From Felis catus (taxonomy: Eukaryota): 64,000 bases of DNA. Position numbers and translations under genes: made by a program. How positions within the stretch are numbered: position 1 is the first letter of the stretch; every line of letters begins with the position of its first letter. Below are positions 1 to 13,808 of the stretch, piece by piece. The notes under the pieces are model-generated. The model was given only the letters and a program-made list of their open reading frames with translations. It searched no databases and was not told the origin of the DNA. The stretch spans positions 117,678,001 through 117,742,000 of the forward strand of contig NC_058368.1 in NCBI RefSeq assembly GCF_018350175.1, written 5' to 3'.

Positions 1-148
1 TCAGAAGACCGAGAAGCTCAGGAGGATGAGTTGCTGGCCCTGGCGAGTATTTACGATGGAGATGAATTTAGGAAAGCAGAGTCTGTCCAAGGTGGAGAAA
101 CCAGGATCTATTTGGACTTGCCGCAGAATTTCAAGATATTCGTGAGCG
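1..148 (+). CDS. RNF14: RNF14 first coding exon (5'-truncated by window edge), start of RWD domain
   Basis: Frame 1 reads SEDREAQEDELLALASIYDGDEFRKAESVQGGETRIYLDLPQNFKIFVS(G). Donor G|GTTAGT at 148/149, phase 1. Confidence 0.96.
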
Positions 149-1223
149 GTTAGTTAATAATACTCTCTTAAGCAGATTTTTCTACATAAAAGTTATTCTC
201 GATTTCTTAGTGTACCCTAAATTATTTACCATCTTGTGTTTATAGGCATTGGTGATAGATGGTAGTATTACAGATTTAATGCATGTTCCTGTTTTAATTG
301 AAAATTGGACTGAGGGTGCATAGTTTTCAATTTGATTTGCCTTTTGACCACTGAATTGGGATATTATCCTGCATATTTCATGCATCCTAATCTTCTAACT
401 AGCAGTTTATCAGCTATGAGTCATTAGTTGTTAAACAGGAATAATAAAAGAGAAAATGACATCATGTACATGAAAACGCTTGGAAAGTTTTAAAGTACCG
501 TGGTGGTTGTCAATACTATTTGGTTTCCAGAATCATTTCAACTACCATAAGCCTGTGACGTGCTGTTACTCTGTGACCTTTTGCTTCAGAAAAAAAACAC
601 ACACAAAAATAAAAAATTGCTGCTTTTGATACAGACGTTCACGGAAGACTTTGATGCACACTTTCTCAAAATGTTTCTACTATAAAGACATTGAGTAAAG
701 AAAGTACGTGTAATAATCTAAAATGAAACTTTGTGAGAGTGTTGTGTGCTGTATCTTGCCCTCGAGCCTGAGATCGTTGTGTTGGCACAAATTCTCCCAA
801 CTATGATTCATGGGAAGTTGGCACATGCTGGTCTAAGTAGGTCATAGCTCTTGGATAGAAATAAAAATCCTTTTCTCTAGATAGTGTCTTTAATCATCTA
901 CTGTAAAACAACAACAAAAGAAAACATTGTGTATTACTTATTAGTGTTAGGAATTGTACTCACAAGTATGTACAAGAGTAAGTTATGTGTCTTCCTTAGA
1001 AATGTCATGGTGCTTAGTAGATTTTTCAGGGGTTTATAAGATTTTTTTTTCTTTTTTTTAAAGGTGGTGGCTATGAAGTTATAATTAGGAAATAGAAGGT
1101 GCTTTGGGGGAGGGTTTTTATCCCCTCAGCGAAAGCGTTAGTCTTTCTTGAGCACCTGCTCAATAGTAATGGACACTCAAGTGTTGACCGACTGATTCTT
1201 TCTAATTTTTGTTTTTGGTTCAG

Positions 1224-1375
1224 GCAATTCAAATGAGTGTCTCCAGAATAGTGGCTTTGAATACACCATTTGCTTTCTGCCTCCACTTGTGCTGAACTTT
1301 GAACTGCCACCAGATTATCCATCCTCCTCCCCACCTTCATTCACACTTAGTGGCAAATGGCTGTCACCAACTCAG
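1224..1375 (+). CDS. RNF14: RNF14 coding exon 2 (RWD domain)
   Basis: Acceptor TTCAG|GC. Reads NSNECLQNSGFEYTICFLPPLVLNFELPPDYPSSSPPSFTLSGKWLSPTQ, including the RWD YPxxxP motif. Donor CAG|GTTAG. 152 nt restores phase 0. Confidence 0.96.
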
Positions 1376-4213
1376 GTTAGACCCGAAACTTAATTTCTCC
1401 TATCCATTTTTAGAAAGTTAAAAAATCATCTTTAATTAAAGACAACTACCTTGATGATCTTGAATTCAGTGCATGAAGAACAAATGGCTTTGATTTTGTA
1501 ATTTTTTCCCCTTGCCTTCATGAAACCTAATGTTAATGAATTGAAAGTGGTGTTTTAGAAAGGAACGGCAGTAATTAGGATGACTGATCATTGTGAATTG
1601 CAGTATGTGTAATTTTTAATCAAGTATATATATTTTTTCTTGTCTTGCTATTTTTCCCATCTAATCTGTATTGTAATAGAGACTATAAGGTCCTTCTCGT
1701 TTTCCTTAGATGTTGGTATGCCTTTTTTTTCTTAGTTTCTTATCCATTCCTTAAATTAAAGATTTAACTGTAATTAGGAGGGCTAAAGTTGTGCTGATGT
1801 AGTTACAATAAACAAATTAGCTACGTAAACAGAATAAGTGCTTTTATTTTTAGAGATCTGTATGTTAATAACAAATAATTGTTGACTGGTCTCACATGGA
1901 TGTTAATACACACAACTAGAAATGTGTATGTATCTCCTGTGTCACGAAGACGTCTCCTATCTCTTCCTGTACCTTCTATCTCACGAAGGTTTGAGACCTT
2001 ATATTACGAACCTTGTGTTATGAAGCCTTCATTTCCTCTGGCTTATATATCCTTTTCAAGTAATAACCTCGACTCTTGATTGAGACATAAGTATGACTTG
2101 AAGCTAATATAAAGCCCTCTGAGATAGATAATGGATCAATAGCAGCTACTTTTCTACAAGTCGTGATGAAGATTGATAGGCTGATGTATATTAAGACAAA
2201 AGCTGTCAGAGTTCCTTGACCTCAAGGAACAGCTTGTCAGGTTTTCCTGTTTGATCATGGAGTTTTTATTCCACCCCACTGACTAGTCTAATCTTTGAGT
2301 GCTTTTGTAAAATTGAGCTTATGGTTTAAAAACAAAATTAAATTTTACAAAAGGATAATACATGTAGAATAGAAAGGAGTATTATTACCTTACATTCTGA
2401 TATCTGGGCCAGAGGCAATACATGCAAGGCAGTGGATTGTTTGCCCAAGAATGTCAAGGCTGTTTGACATTTAGATCACTGAAAGCTGACTGAATTATTT
2501 AGATATTTATAATCACATTTCTCCAGAGAGCTTTTGATACTTTGTATCCATGCCTGTGTGCACACACTTACACACAAGCACAAAACAAGGACAGATAAAC
2601 TGAGTGCATGGCAGCAGTTTCAGATTCCAGCCAAGTAGCATCTCCTTACTGCTGGCTTTTGGGAGTGTGGGGAGAGGAGGGTTGTTTGTTGTTTTATGTG
2701 TTACAGCTGAAATAACAGTAGGATTCCCTGTCAGATAAATTGTTATGCGTATAATTGATCTTTTCATTGGCCTTGTATTCCTTCTTGGTTCAATTCTTGT
2801 TGGTTGCTGGGCCCTGCTTCCTTGACATTGTGAATGTCACCTGTTGATAGTGAAGTTGACACATGGTCCTGTCTGTCACTGGATTGGGGTTGGTAGAAGG
2901 GAAGTGGGTTTAACCTCATAGTATTTTCCATTATGCCTCCCCCGATATATATACATACACATACACAGTCTCTCTCTTATTCTTTCCTCCTCACATTTAT
3001 GTGTACCCCAGCTGCCCCTTTTGAGAAGGGGTGGGGAAGAAAAGAGGATTGAGAATGGTTCTTCATTGGACTTGGTGGCCCAAATAGCACTCAGAGTTTC
3101 CCTTTTCGTATTTAGTACATTTTACACATTTCAGCAGGTTTCTCAAAAGTATGATTGATCTTATAAGCATATTCATGTACATGTGAAAAAGCATTTTGAA
3201 CGGTATTTAACATCCTAAGTTTTTAAGTTCAGGAAGTGTTTAAGTTCGTGCTTATATAGGGTTTAGTGAATGGCACTGTGCAGAGCAAGGAACAGAAAAT
3301 GTGGTCCTTTTTCACTTGTTATTTAAATTTACAAAATTTGTCTGCATCTGGAAGGCTTATTTTTTTGTGTTTAGCTAAAAAGAAAAGCTGCTTATAATTC
3401 CTGAGCTCTACTTACCAATATTTTACATTTCTAATGGAAAATCCTCTTACATTTGCCTTTCAAATTGAACACACCACCTTTAAAGAGGAAAAGTCGAAGT
3501 AGTTTAAATTTGGTTGCTCAGCTTAGAGAGTGTGAGCTTTCCCTATGGCAGCCGAGTCATGTTGAGGGCTTATAATCGTGTCCAGGTTCCATAGCATTCT
3601 GTGTCCCTTCATTAACCAGGATCTGGTGTAAGCTCAGATTGCTTAGTTAAAACCAGCTTATAAATCTGAATAACAAGGATTCTGAGGTTGGATTCTGTTA
3701 GTGACTCTTTCTCTTGAGTTGGCTGTTTGATAGGACTGAAAGCTAGAATTAAAAACTTGGACGATATTTTTAAACTGCCCTCTTTCTATTATGCAGGGTA
3801 CCTACAGGGCTAGGACTCCAAAGGAATAGGAATAGTTCATTTTAAAATTAGCTCTCTTTCTCCTACATGAGATATGTAGCAACACTAAAACAAAGAACAA
3901 ATAAAGAATCGAAAACTCCTCCACCTCAGTGGCCTTTCACAGCCTTGCCATGTCTCTTGTTTTCATGGTACTTCTTTTAGTTTTTGACTTTGTTTCCTGC
4001 TGTGACTCACATTGTTGGATAGTTTAAGAATATAAGAATATTCTGACTCTCTTTCCAGCACAGTTTATCACAGCAGTAAAACAAACAAACAAAAAACATG
4101 TTTGGAATTGTAAGGGCCTAACTTAGAGGTTAAAAAGATTTCAAGAGAAATGAGGAGTTGACAGTATCCTCCTCTTTCCAAACTCACCAGCACCCTCGTG
4201 TGTTTCCTCCTAG

Positions 4214-4741
4214 CTGTCTGCTCTTTGCAAGCACTTAGACAACCTGTGGGAAGAACACCGTGGCAGCGTGGTCCTGTTTGCTTGGATGCAGTTTCTTAAG
4301 GAAGAGACCTTAGCATACCTGAATATTGTCTCTCCTTTTGAGCTCAAGATGGGTTCTCAGAAAAAGGTGCAGAGAAGGATGGCTCAAGCCTCCCCCAGCA
4401 CAGACCTAGCTTTTGGAGGAGCTGCTGGATCCGATGTTGACCAAGAGGAAGTTGTGGATGAGCGAGCGGTGCAGGATGTGGAATCGCTGTCGAGTCTGAT
4501 CCAGGAAATCTTGGACTTCGATCAAGCTCAGCAGATTAAATGCTTTAACAGTAAATTGTTCCTGTGCAATATCTGTTTCTGTGAGAAGCTGGGTAGCGAA
4601 TGCATGTACTTCCTGGAGTGCAGGCACGTGTACTGCAAAGCCTGTCTAAAGGACTACTTTGAAATCCAGATCAGAGATGGCCAAGTTCAGTGCCTCAACT
4701 GCCCAGAACCCAAGTGCCCTTCGGTGGCCACTCCTGGTCAG
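4214..4741 (+). CDS. RNF14: RNF14 coding exon 3 (end of RWD plus RING1)
   Basis: Acceptor CCTAG|CTG. Reads LSALCKHLDNLWEEHRGSVVLFAWMQFLKEE...CNICFCEKLGSECMYFLECRHVYCKACL...CLNCPEPKC...PGQ. Donor CAG|GTAATC. 528 nt. Confidence 0.97.
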
Positions 4742-5175
4742 GTAATCCTCTACTCTCTTCAAAGCTGCCTCCCATTTCTCTTTCCCAAAGGGAGATGTTT
4801 TCTCAGTATTTTCCTTACTAGGGCTCATCAGGCCAGGCTGAGGCCTTGGAGCCAGCCCACAAATAGTTTCACTGTATCCATCAAGAATGCTGGGGTCTTA
4901 TTGTTGAAGCCCGTGTAAATGCTTCCTTTGCTGGACTTGGAATGGGGAGTTCTTGGCAGAGATGAGTGTTAGAAAAGTAATTATAAAGTGTTCTGGTGAT
5001 TTACTTTGTTTATCTGCTCGGATCCCATCAACCCTGGAGAATCACTAGCCTGCCTTTGTGTGAGGTTTGGATCTGAAGAGCATATCCTTGGAATGGGTAA
5101 CAATCAGGGACAGGGTACTTGGCTTGACTCTTTTTTTTTTAAATCAACTTTGTTAAGCCATCACTATACCCATTT

Positions 5176-5391
5176 TTTGTTTTTTAATGTTTATTCACTT
5201 TTGAGAGAGACAGAGACAGAGCTTGAGCAGGGGAGGGGCAGAGAGAGAGGGAGACACAGAATCCGAAGCAGGCTCCAGGTTCTGAGCTGTCAGCACAGAG
5301 CCCAACATGGGGCTCGAACTCACAGACCACCGTGAGATGATGACCTGAGCCGAAGTGAGACGCCCAACTGACTGAGCCACCCAGGCGCCCC
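5176..5391 (-). mobile_element. CanSINE (felid type)
   Basis: tRNA-derived head GGGGCGCCTGGGTGGCTCAG, CT tract, A tail. TSD CACTATACCCATTT on both sides. Confidence 0.9.
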
Positions 5392-5610
5392 CACTATACC
5401 CATTTAAAGTGTACGTTGGCTCAGCTTTCACACATGTGTAGACCCATATAACTACCACCTCAGGGTCTAGACTTGTCACATTTGGTTTGATTTTGAAGTG
5501 AGATAGAGTGTTTTAATTCATGTGAACTTAGCACCGGCATTTTAAGGATCTCCCCAGAATCAGAACTGTTTGGGCATCATTAAACTTGCGTGTTTTATTT
5601 TTCCCTCCAG

Positions 5611-5839
5611 GTCAAAGAGCTAGTGGAAACAGAGTTATTTGCCCGCTATGACCGCCTTCTCCTCCAGTCCACCTTGGACTTGATGGCAGATGTGGTGTAT
5701 TGTCCCCGCCCCTGCTGCCAGTTGCCTGTGATGCAGGAGCCCGGTTGCACCATGGGCATCTGCTCTAGTTGCAATTTTGCCTTCTGTACCTTGTGCAGAT
5801 TGACTTACCACGGGGTCTCTCCATGTAAGGTAACTGCTG
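5611..5839 (+). CDS. RNF14: RNF14 coding exon 4 (IBR domain)
   Basis: Acceptor CTCCAG|GTC. Reads VKELVETELFARYDRLLLQ...YCPRPCC...CSSCNFAFCTLCRLTYHGVSPCKVTA. Donor G|GTAAGT, phase 1. Confidence 0.97.
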
Positions 5840-8118
5840 GTAAGTGTTAACTGTGTCAACTCAGTCCTCCTATCCTCTACGCCACCTGCCACCCCCCACC
5901 CCGTCCCCCCGCCAAAAAAAAATCCTTATCACTTCAATCCTTCCATTTGGAAGTGTTCCTTCAACAGATATTTTTGTTTCACTTACTGTCCTAGGCTCTG
6001 GGGATATCGTAGTGACCAAATACCCTCATGGAACTTATATTTTAATGGGTAGACAAACAGAACAATAATGATATTAGATGGTTATAAGTGCTATGGAGGA
6101 AAAAAAATAAAGCAGGAACAGAATATGAAGTGGCTTGAGGTTTTACACTTAGGGAAACCAGGGGAAGGCCTCTCTGGCAAAGCGGTTTGAATAAAGACCT
6201 GAAGAAGGAACAAAGGAAATGGCCATGCAGATACCAGGGGACCATTACAGAGAAGGAATGGCAAGGTCATTTCTATCTATGAACGTGGAGTAATGTAGCT
6301 CCTAGTTGGCAAGTGCAGACCATCTTAGCTGCCACTCTTGTTTCCATGGCACATACATCTGATCAGTCATCAAGTTCTTTGTCACTTAGCCCAGGAAAGT
6401 CTCAGAATCTTCCTCAACACATAGCGCTTCAGAAAGCCACCATTTATTAAAGTGGACACAGGAGGTGGAACCTGTTTGCTAATTCTGATCTAAATAAGGA
6501 TTGAGAAATCAGGCGTTGACCTCAGTTTGACTGGACTTTGATGGCTTAGTCTTTCTCAGACTAACAGGGATAATGATAATAGCTACTATTCATAGGGCTA
6601 TTGTCAGGATAAAATAAACTATTGTAGTGCTCCTCGAAGTTGGTATTGTTGTTAAACTGGTCCGTGACAAGATAAATAAATTGAGAGGTCTAGGAAGTTA
6701 CAGTGATTTCACAGAGTAATTTTATGTCCGATCTAATAAAAATTTAAGCTTAGGTTTTTTTGTCTTATTATTTGTCTAATAATTCATTTGATTGCATTTT
6801 GTGAAAATACTGGTCCTTGGCAGAGTGGTGGGGGAAATACTGGTTCTTCAACATAGTTTGGGAATGACGAGCTAATACGTGTAAAATGCAAAATGGTAAC
6901 CATTAATGCCATTATTACTGTGGTTCCTAATTGCTATCGTAAGCAGAGTGTCAGTATCTCCAAGAAAGTAACCCTAAGGGGAGAATGAGTGAATACTTCC
7001 AGTTTGCCTAGAGCAGAGTCTTATAGTAGATATGGGCAGATGGGATGGAGACTTCACCAGAGTATAATAGAAGCCTTTGCTTTAGACTTGTATAACCTTA
7101 TCATTGAGGAGCTGAGGTGTGTTTCAGGTGTTTCATAACATTTGTGGAAGAAATCAAAGGGGCTTGGGGGCTTCAGCAAAATTAAGAATCTCTTTCTGTA
7201 TCTATTCATGCCTGTATATCTATCTATTGGATAGTACTATATAAAATACATAAAATACTAACAATTATTTTGAGAACTTTAGTGCAATAATCTTTGCTCT
7301 TAAGATATCTGGGAACACAAAAGTGCTTTGAATTTTTAGAGGGATAAAAATGACAGGATAAAAAGATACAGGTCTGCAGCTTCTAAGTAGAGGTGATGGA
7401 TCCATGGGAATGCACGATACAGAGAAAGAAAGCTTCCCCAAAAGATTCACCACATAAAAAGACCTCTAATGAGTATGAGGAAAATAAACTAATAAAATAA
7501 TTATAACGTTATTGAGAGAGGTTTTCAATAAAAATGTTGAAAAACTAAGGTAATAGAATGTGAACAAAAGCCTTTGTCTGCAAGTAAAGCCTTTGGGACT
7601 GGCTGCCTGTTACATTTGAGTTAAGTGATAGAGCTGTGCAGCCAGAGAGAAGAATATCTAGGGGGAAACGTTGACAGGAGGGACTTTGCAGTACCTGTGG
7701 GTGGCAAGTTTTATTTGTTGACTTTTGTTGTATACAGAATCGAAGAGTCTTAGCTCTTAAGCCAAAGATACTTTTGTTTATTTGGTAGGCCTTGTTATTA
7801 TCAAAGGGTGAATGATGCTGACTTCATGGAAAATGAGTGTGTGTTTCAACCTTTGTGTCTTTTAGCTAAGTCATTCTTTAACAGTATGCCGCTGGTTGCA
7901 CAAACACGTCAGCATTATTAACTCAAAGTCAACGAGAAAGATGGCTCTTATTCTAATACCTTGAGCAAGTCCAACTTCTCTAGCTGGAGGATTCTTCTAT
8001 GTTCTGTGTTATTTGTACATGTGTCATTTTTACCTAGTTATAACCTAAAATAAGCCCTTTTCTGGATTCTGTAATGAGTATTTTAGTTGAGTTGTAGCCA
8101 TCTCATTTATAAGTTTTT

Positions 8119-8333
8119 TTTTAATTTTTTTTAACGTTTATTCATTTTTGAGACAGAGAGAGACAGAGCATGAATGGGGGAGGGGCAGAGAGAGAGACAC
8201 ACAGAATCTGAAACAGGCTCCAGGCTCTGAGCTGTCAGCACAGAGCCCGACGCGGGGCTCGAACTCATGGACCGCGAGCTCATGACCTGAGCTGAAGTCG
8301 GCCGCTTAACTGACTGAGCCACCCAGGCGCCCC
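8119..8333 (-). mobile_element. CanSINE (felid type)
   Basis: Full head, CT tract and tail. TSD TCATTTA(T/G)AAGTTTT. Confidence 0.9.
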
Positions 8334-8590
8334 TCATTTAGAAGTTTTTAATAACTAAAAATGATGTCATTAACTGGCCCTTTCACTTGTGGTTATTCCC
8401 TTGGACTTTAATTTGTTTGCCATTGTTACATGCATCTCCGTGCATATAACTTCATTTTGGATTATTTCCTTATGATTAAAGTCCCAGTAATAACATTATT
8501 GAATAATCAAAGGGTTATGACCATTTTTAAATGGTTTTTAGTCAGCTTTGCAAAGTTGTATAAAAGTTAATTTTCCATTTCACTTTCCAG

Positions 8591-8763
8591 AGAAATTAAT
8601 AGACTTACGAAATGAGTACCTGCAAGCAGATGAGGCCAATAAAAGATTTTTGGAACAGAGGTATGGCAAGAGGGTGATTCAGAAGGCGCTGGAAGAGATG
8701 GAAAGTAAGGAATGGCTAGAAAAGAACTCAAAGAGCTGCCCGTGTTGTGGGACTCCCATAGAG
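8591..8763 (+). CDS. RNF14: RNF14 coding exon 5 (linker plus start of RING2)
   Basis: Acceptor TTCCAG|AG. Reads KLIDLRNEYLQADEANKRFLEQRYGKRVIQKALEEMESKEWLEKNSKSCPCCGTPIE. Donor GAG|GTAAAG. Confidence 0.97.
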
Positions 8764-9642
8764 GTAAAGGTTCGGGACAGACTTGGCAGACAGATTTGCA
8801 AGCTCGTTACGATTGCCTGAAGAAGCCTATTATTTATGACTAGGGAAACATTTATCAAACCTTACTTGGAAGATGCAAATTCACTACTAAATATTGACCT
8901 TAAGTGGATGTAGACTTCCCTTTCAAAATGCTTTCACAAAGTGAAAATTATTCTCACATTGTTTTCACATCAAAATGGAATGGGTTATAACGAAGCCACA
9001 GTAGAGCTACAATCAACTCTTACCTCATCTCCATGTTATAAAAACTCACGCCTGACTTCTTAGAACTAATTATCCTGGAATTTAACACACCTGCGTACGA
9101 AGTATATTAGGAAACGACATTTTCCTATTAACCTGAGCCAAAATAGACATTTAAATGTATTGCTTCTTGACACAATCTTAATGTTTTAAAATCAGAATTT
9201 ATCTTTGCATTTGGTTCTCCCATTCTGATCCATTATATCTGAACTGAACCTGGTGGTGATTTTCCAGTTACTCCACTAAGGAAACTGGCATTCTGTTGAA
9301 CCACTTCAGATGTGCCTCAGCCCTATGTTAGAGTGGAGGACTTGATACCAAATGTTTACTTAGATTAAACTACACGTTCCACATATAATATACACATTTG
9401 GTTTGTATCTCCTGTTGATCAGAAAAGTTTTGCTAAGTATCTAGTTGTAGGTACACCTGCTGAATATTTTCTGTATTCTACTTGTAATGTGTAATAGTTA
9501 CAGCATGTTCCCTGCATATTTAAACCCTGCACGGGGTAAAAGGAGAAGTCAAGGAGGACATTGTACTGAATCTTTTTGGCATGTGCTTTCCTCTTTTGCT
9601 TTAATAGCCCTGGTATTTTTCTCTTTCCATCTTTCCCACCAG

Positions 9643-9773
9643 AAATTAGATGGATGTAACAAGATGACATGTACTGGATGTATGCAATATTTCTGTTGGA
9701 TTTGCATGGGTTCTCTCTCTAGAGCAAACCCTTATAAACATTTCACTGATCCTGCTTCCCCGTGTTTTAATCG
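9643..9773 (+). CDS. RNF14: RNF14 coding exon 6 (RING2 with catalytic Cys, C417 by count)
   Basis: Acceptor CACCAG|AAA. Reads KLDGCNKMTCTGCMQYFCWICMGSLSRANPYKHFTDPASPCFN. Donor CG|GTACGT, phase 2. Confidence 0.97.
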
Positions 9774-10302
9774 GTACGTATACATAATCCTGTAGTCTCA
9801 GAAACAGATTTTGGACCATTTTTCTTAGAGAATTCTCTTATATATTTTCTCACATATATGGACTTCTATATTTTCTTGTGAGTTTATGTTGAAAATACGC
9901 CACTGGGAAATTTTATTTTTTATCTTCCTCAGTGAAAAATTTCAAACATAAATAAAAGTTGAAAGACTATGGTTAATAGGATATCTTCTACCAAAATGAA
10001 CAATTGATAGTATTTTGCCGTATTTATTTTCTAATACTTGACTCTAAGTTGGAGATAGGATACTTTATCTCTAATTACTTCTACATTATCACCTAAAATA
10101 AGAAAATTCTTCTACATAACATAGTACTTAAAGAAATTTAGTGATGGTGGCATATTATCTCCTAATAAACATATTTAAAACTTCCCAATGATTCCTAAAA
10201 ATATCTTTTAAAGCTGTTTTATTGAGCCACAATATAATCAAATTCAAACATTTTATTTGGCTTTGTCTTTCTAGTCTCTTAATAGAGAAGAGTTTTTCCC
10301 AC

Positions 10303-11225
10303 TTTTTTATTTTTTAAGTTTATTTATTTATTTTTGAGAGAGAGCACACAAGCAGGAGAGGGATAGAGAGAGAGGGAGGGAGACACAGAATCTGAAGCAG
10401 GCTGTAGGTTCTGAGCTGTCAGCACAGAGCCCAACTTGGGGCTGGAACCCACAAACTGCGAGATCATGACCTGAGCCAAAGTCGGAGGCTTAACCAACTG
10501 AGCTACCCAGGGGCCCCTTCCACTTAAAAAAAAAAAAGTTAAAGATTTATTTATTTAGAGAGTGTGCACGTGAGCAGGGAAGGGCAGAAAGAGAAGGAAA
10601 GGGAATCCCAAGCAGGGTCCTCACTGTCAGTGCAGAGTCTGACATGGCGCTCAGAATCACCAACCTCAAGATCATGACCTGAGCCAAAAGTAAGAGTTGG
10701 ACACTTAACCGATTAAGCCATCCAGGTGGCCCTGCTCACCCTTTTTTGTTGGATGCATTGAGGAAAACATTGACATTTTAGAGAGTCCAGGCCACTTGTC
10801 CTATAGTACATCTTACTTTCTAGAGTTTTCTTTCTCCATGTTGTCTTTTAGTTACTCTGTCCTCTCTCTTTCCTGTAAATTGGAAGTTAGGTCTAGACTG
10901 AGTTTGAATATATTTAGAATTAACATTTTTGACAAGAATACTTGTGTACCTCATTTTATATCGCATTAGGTCCGTAATGTCAGGCTCTTCCATTGTTAGT
11001 ATGCTGCTCAGTTCTATTGCTTGCTCCATCGTAATTGTAAGTTTTCTTGGCATGCCTGTGTGGCTCAGGGATTAGGCGTCTGACTTCAGCTCAGGTCATG
11101 GTCTCACAGTTCCTGAGGTTCCTGAGTTTGAGCCCCACATTGGGCTCTGCACTGGTGGTGTGGAGCCTGCTTGGGAATCTTGCCTCTCTCTGCCCCTGCT
11201 ATGCTCTCTCAAATATATTTTTAAA
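10303..11225. mobile_element. Three CanSINEs: 10303-10517(-), ~10525-10732(-), ~11049-11225(+)
   Basis: Recognisable CanSINE bodies (GATCATGACCTGAGC core) in the last RNF14 intron, embedded in an old AT-rich L1M-like sequence. Confidence 0.8.
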
Positions 11226-11920
11226 AAATGTAAGGTTTTGGTTTTTTTTGTGTGTGTGATTAGTAAGTAATATCTGGGGTGATTTCTTGGCACAATGAAA
11301 ATAATCCTGTTTTTCAACAGCTCTCATTTCACTGTCAGTTTATGATCTTTCTTAAGAGGCATATGTATAGTACCTAAAATCACTGGTGTTACCTAACTGT
11401 AAGAAAAGTTGAAGAAACAGGTTCTCTGCGTGAACCATTGTAAATCTAGTGTTGAAAATTACATGAATTTTAGGTAACATTGGAAAGAAAAACGAGTTGG
11501 CAACTATAAAGCATTCTACCAGTGGAGAATGCAAGGGTGAGGAGGCCGAGTAAAGTGACTCACGTGTGATAGAGTTACAGTGGTTTAGAAGAGTTCACCT
11601 TCTTCTGGATTGCCTGACTTCCCTAATCCTGATTTATTCCATTTACTGTATACATTGAGTATCAGGTTTTTGATAGCCATTTCCCATTATTGTTAATCCT
11701 TGGCCTTAAAGAGTTTGTCTGGATCCGAAAAGGGCTATTCTTGTAAACTTTAAGACAGCTTGTTCAGAGGGACCCATATTTCAGCCCTCCTCAGTGTAGT
11801 GATTGAGAGAAAGGAAAAGCTGTTCAAAGATGTTATCAGAAGAGTGCAGAAGGTAATTTTGAGAGAAGGAAAGAGATTATATTTTTTCCAAGTGCATAAA
11901 AATGTATTTTATACTTCCAG

Positions 11921-11978
11921 GTTGTTCCATGCTGTGGATGTTAATGGAGATATTTGGGAAGATGAGATTGAAGACTAG
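11921..11978 (+). CDS. RNF14: RNF14 last coding exon
   Basis: Acceptor TTCCAG|G. Reads LFHAVDVNGDIWEDEIED then TAG. Exon sum is 1419 nt; adding 2 missing codons gives 474 aa plus stop. Confidence 0.96.
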
Positions 11979-13304
11979 TTAACTCCTGCTCAAGATAAGG
12001 AAATGGAATGGTTTACCCAAATCTTGTGTCAAGTACACAAAATAGTTTTGCAGGTTATTTAGGGTACCATTTATGCACTCATCCTTTGTAGAAGATGTGG
12101 AAGAACAAGGTTTATATTTCCATGTGGTACTACTGATAAAGGCACATGCACACGTTTTTCAATGTAACATAGAGAAAATTATAAGCCAAAGGTTCATTGA
12201 AAACTAGAGAATATTAAATACTACAGTGTGCCCGAAGCTCTGAATAGTTAAAAAGTAAATATTTATTTTCTTCCCCAAGCTTTAGGTGAAGAGAGGAGTC
12301 AAGAGTTAAAGTTATAGACCTTTTTATCTGAAAGCATCCCTCTAAGACATTAGGGGGAGTCCCCTCAGTACTGCTCCTTATGACTGGGGTAGGTAGAAAG
12401 AAGCCTTATTAAAATTGTACCAAGAGCCTGATCTCATTTACTCCATGTCATGTTCCTTTCACCCTAAGTTTCTGCCAAGTGACTTTTCTTTGAGGAAGCC
12501 CTTTTAGTCAGTAACTGATTGGATGACCCAGTGTCATTTTGATCTGCTTTTCAGAATAGAAATTTATAGATAATTTAAAAAATCTTTTTAATGCCAAAAA
12601 CACTGTGGGCCAGCTGGTATTTATTAGTGGGGTATAGTTCACTGGTTTTGAGCCCAGTCTAGAATTTAATGATACTGGCTCAGAAGAATTTCAGTCCTAT
12701 TCAGCTCTTCTGGGCGGTAGAGCCTAGATTCAAAATGACTTGTCTTTGCTACCTTTTGTTCTACGCTCTCTCCCTTCACTCATGCCCTACCTTCCATTAG
12801 TAAGGACAATTTTAATATTAACTCCAGCAGCTCATATTTTTATTTATGCTGGAATAGGAGAAAGCCTAATATATTCCCAAGCTGAACAAGCTGCATTTTT
12901 TAAAATTACCTCTATTTTGAACTCCCCACCATTGTAGTTCGAGTCCCAATTTTCTGAATTCTTTTTAAAGGTCTTCTCTAATGAGCTATGGAAATTTGGC
13001 TTCCTACCCTTTTTTGCAACAGCACTATTTTGGGGGATAATTTTGGCTTGATTCCTAGATCCCTGTTTCTGGATTTTGATGGCTTTTTGAAAAATTGTCT
13101 TTCCTTGTGGTTTGGTGAATGGCTTGGTAGCAAAATGATTTTTTGAAAAAGAGGACAGAAGGATACAGCTGCAGCTGTGAACATGTTCTTTTTTCCCAAC
13201 TTGTCATTGAAAATTGGGGAATCACTTTGAACCATTTTATGTGTGTGTATCCAGAGTCAGCAAGGACTGTTTCTGGATTGTCAATGAGGCTGCTTAATCT
13301 TAAA

Positions 13305-13310
13305 AATAAA
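13305..13310 (+). terminator. Probable RNF14 polyadenylation signal
   Basis: AATAAA about 1.3 kb after the stop, followed by a T/GT-rich downstream element (GTTGCTGCTGTTCTGTCT). SINEs resume just downstream. A second AATAAA lies at 15081-15086. Confidence 0.55.
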
Positions 13311-13564
13311 AATAATTTAAAAATTGTCTTATAATTAGAGCAGAGTTGCTGCTGTTCTGTCTCCAAGGCAACTGATCACATTTTTAAAAAACTTTATGGC
13401 ATGTAACACATATTCTTAAAGTGAACAGAAAAAAAGTCATGGAATAGCACCTGTTCTTTTACCCAGACTCGTGACTGAACTTAGGTTTTTAGGGCCCATA
13501 TTTTGTTTCAACCATATGGTTCATGAGCTTTCGTTTTGCACATTTTATATAAGAACTAAAGTTA

Positions 13565-13569
<5 letters not shown>

Positions 13570-13629
<60 letters not shown>

Positions 13630-13808
13630 AAGCTTGCTTGTGTATTTTTGAGAGGGGCAGAGAGAGGGGGAGAGAGAGAATCCCAAGCAGGCTCTGCACC
13701 ATCATCATGGAGCCTGATGTGGGGCTCGAACCCATGAGACTGCGAGATCATGACCTGAGCCAAAATCAAGAGTTAGACACTTAACCGACTGAGCCATCCA
13801 GGTGCCCC
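13570..13808 (-). mobile_element. CanSINE with (TA)n microsatellite in its tail
   Basis: 18-bp TSD AGAACTAAAGTTAATTTC at 13552-13569 and 13809-13826. (TA)n at about 13571-13612. Confidence 0.9.

Noticed and set aside
4742..4918. The 216-aa ORF continues 58 codons past RNF14 RING1
   Set aside because: Similarity ends at a canonical CAG|GTAATC donor. The extension is intron read-through with no domain features.
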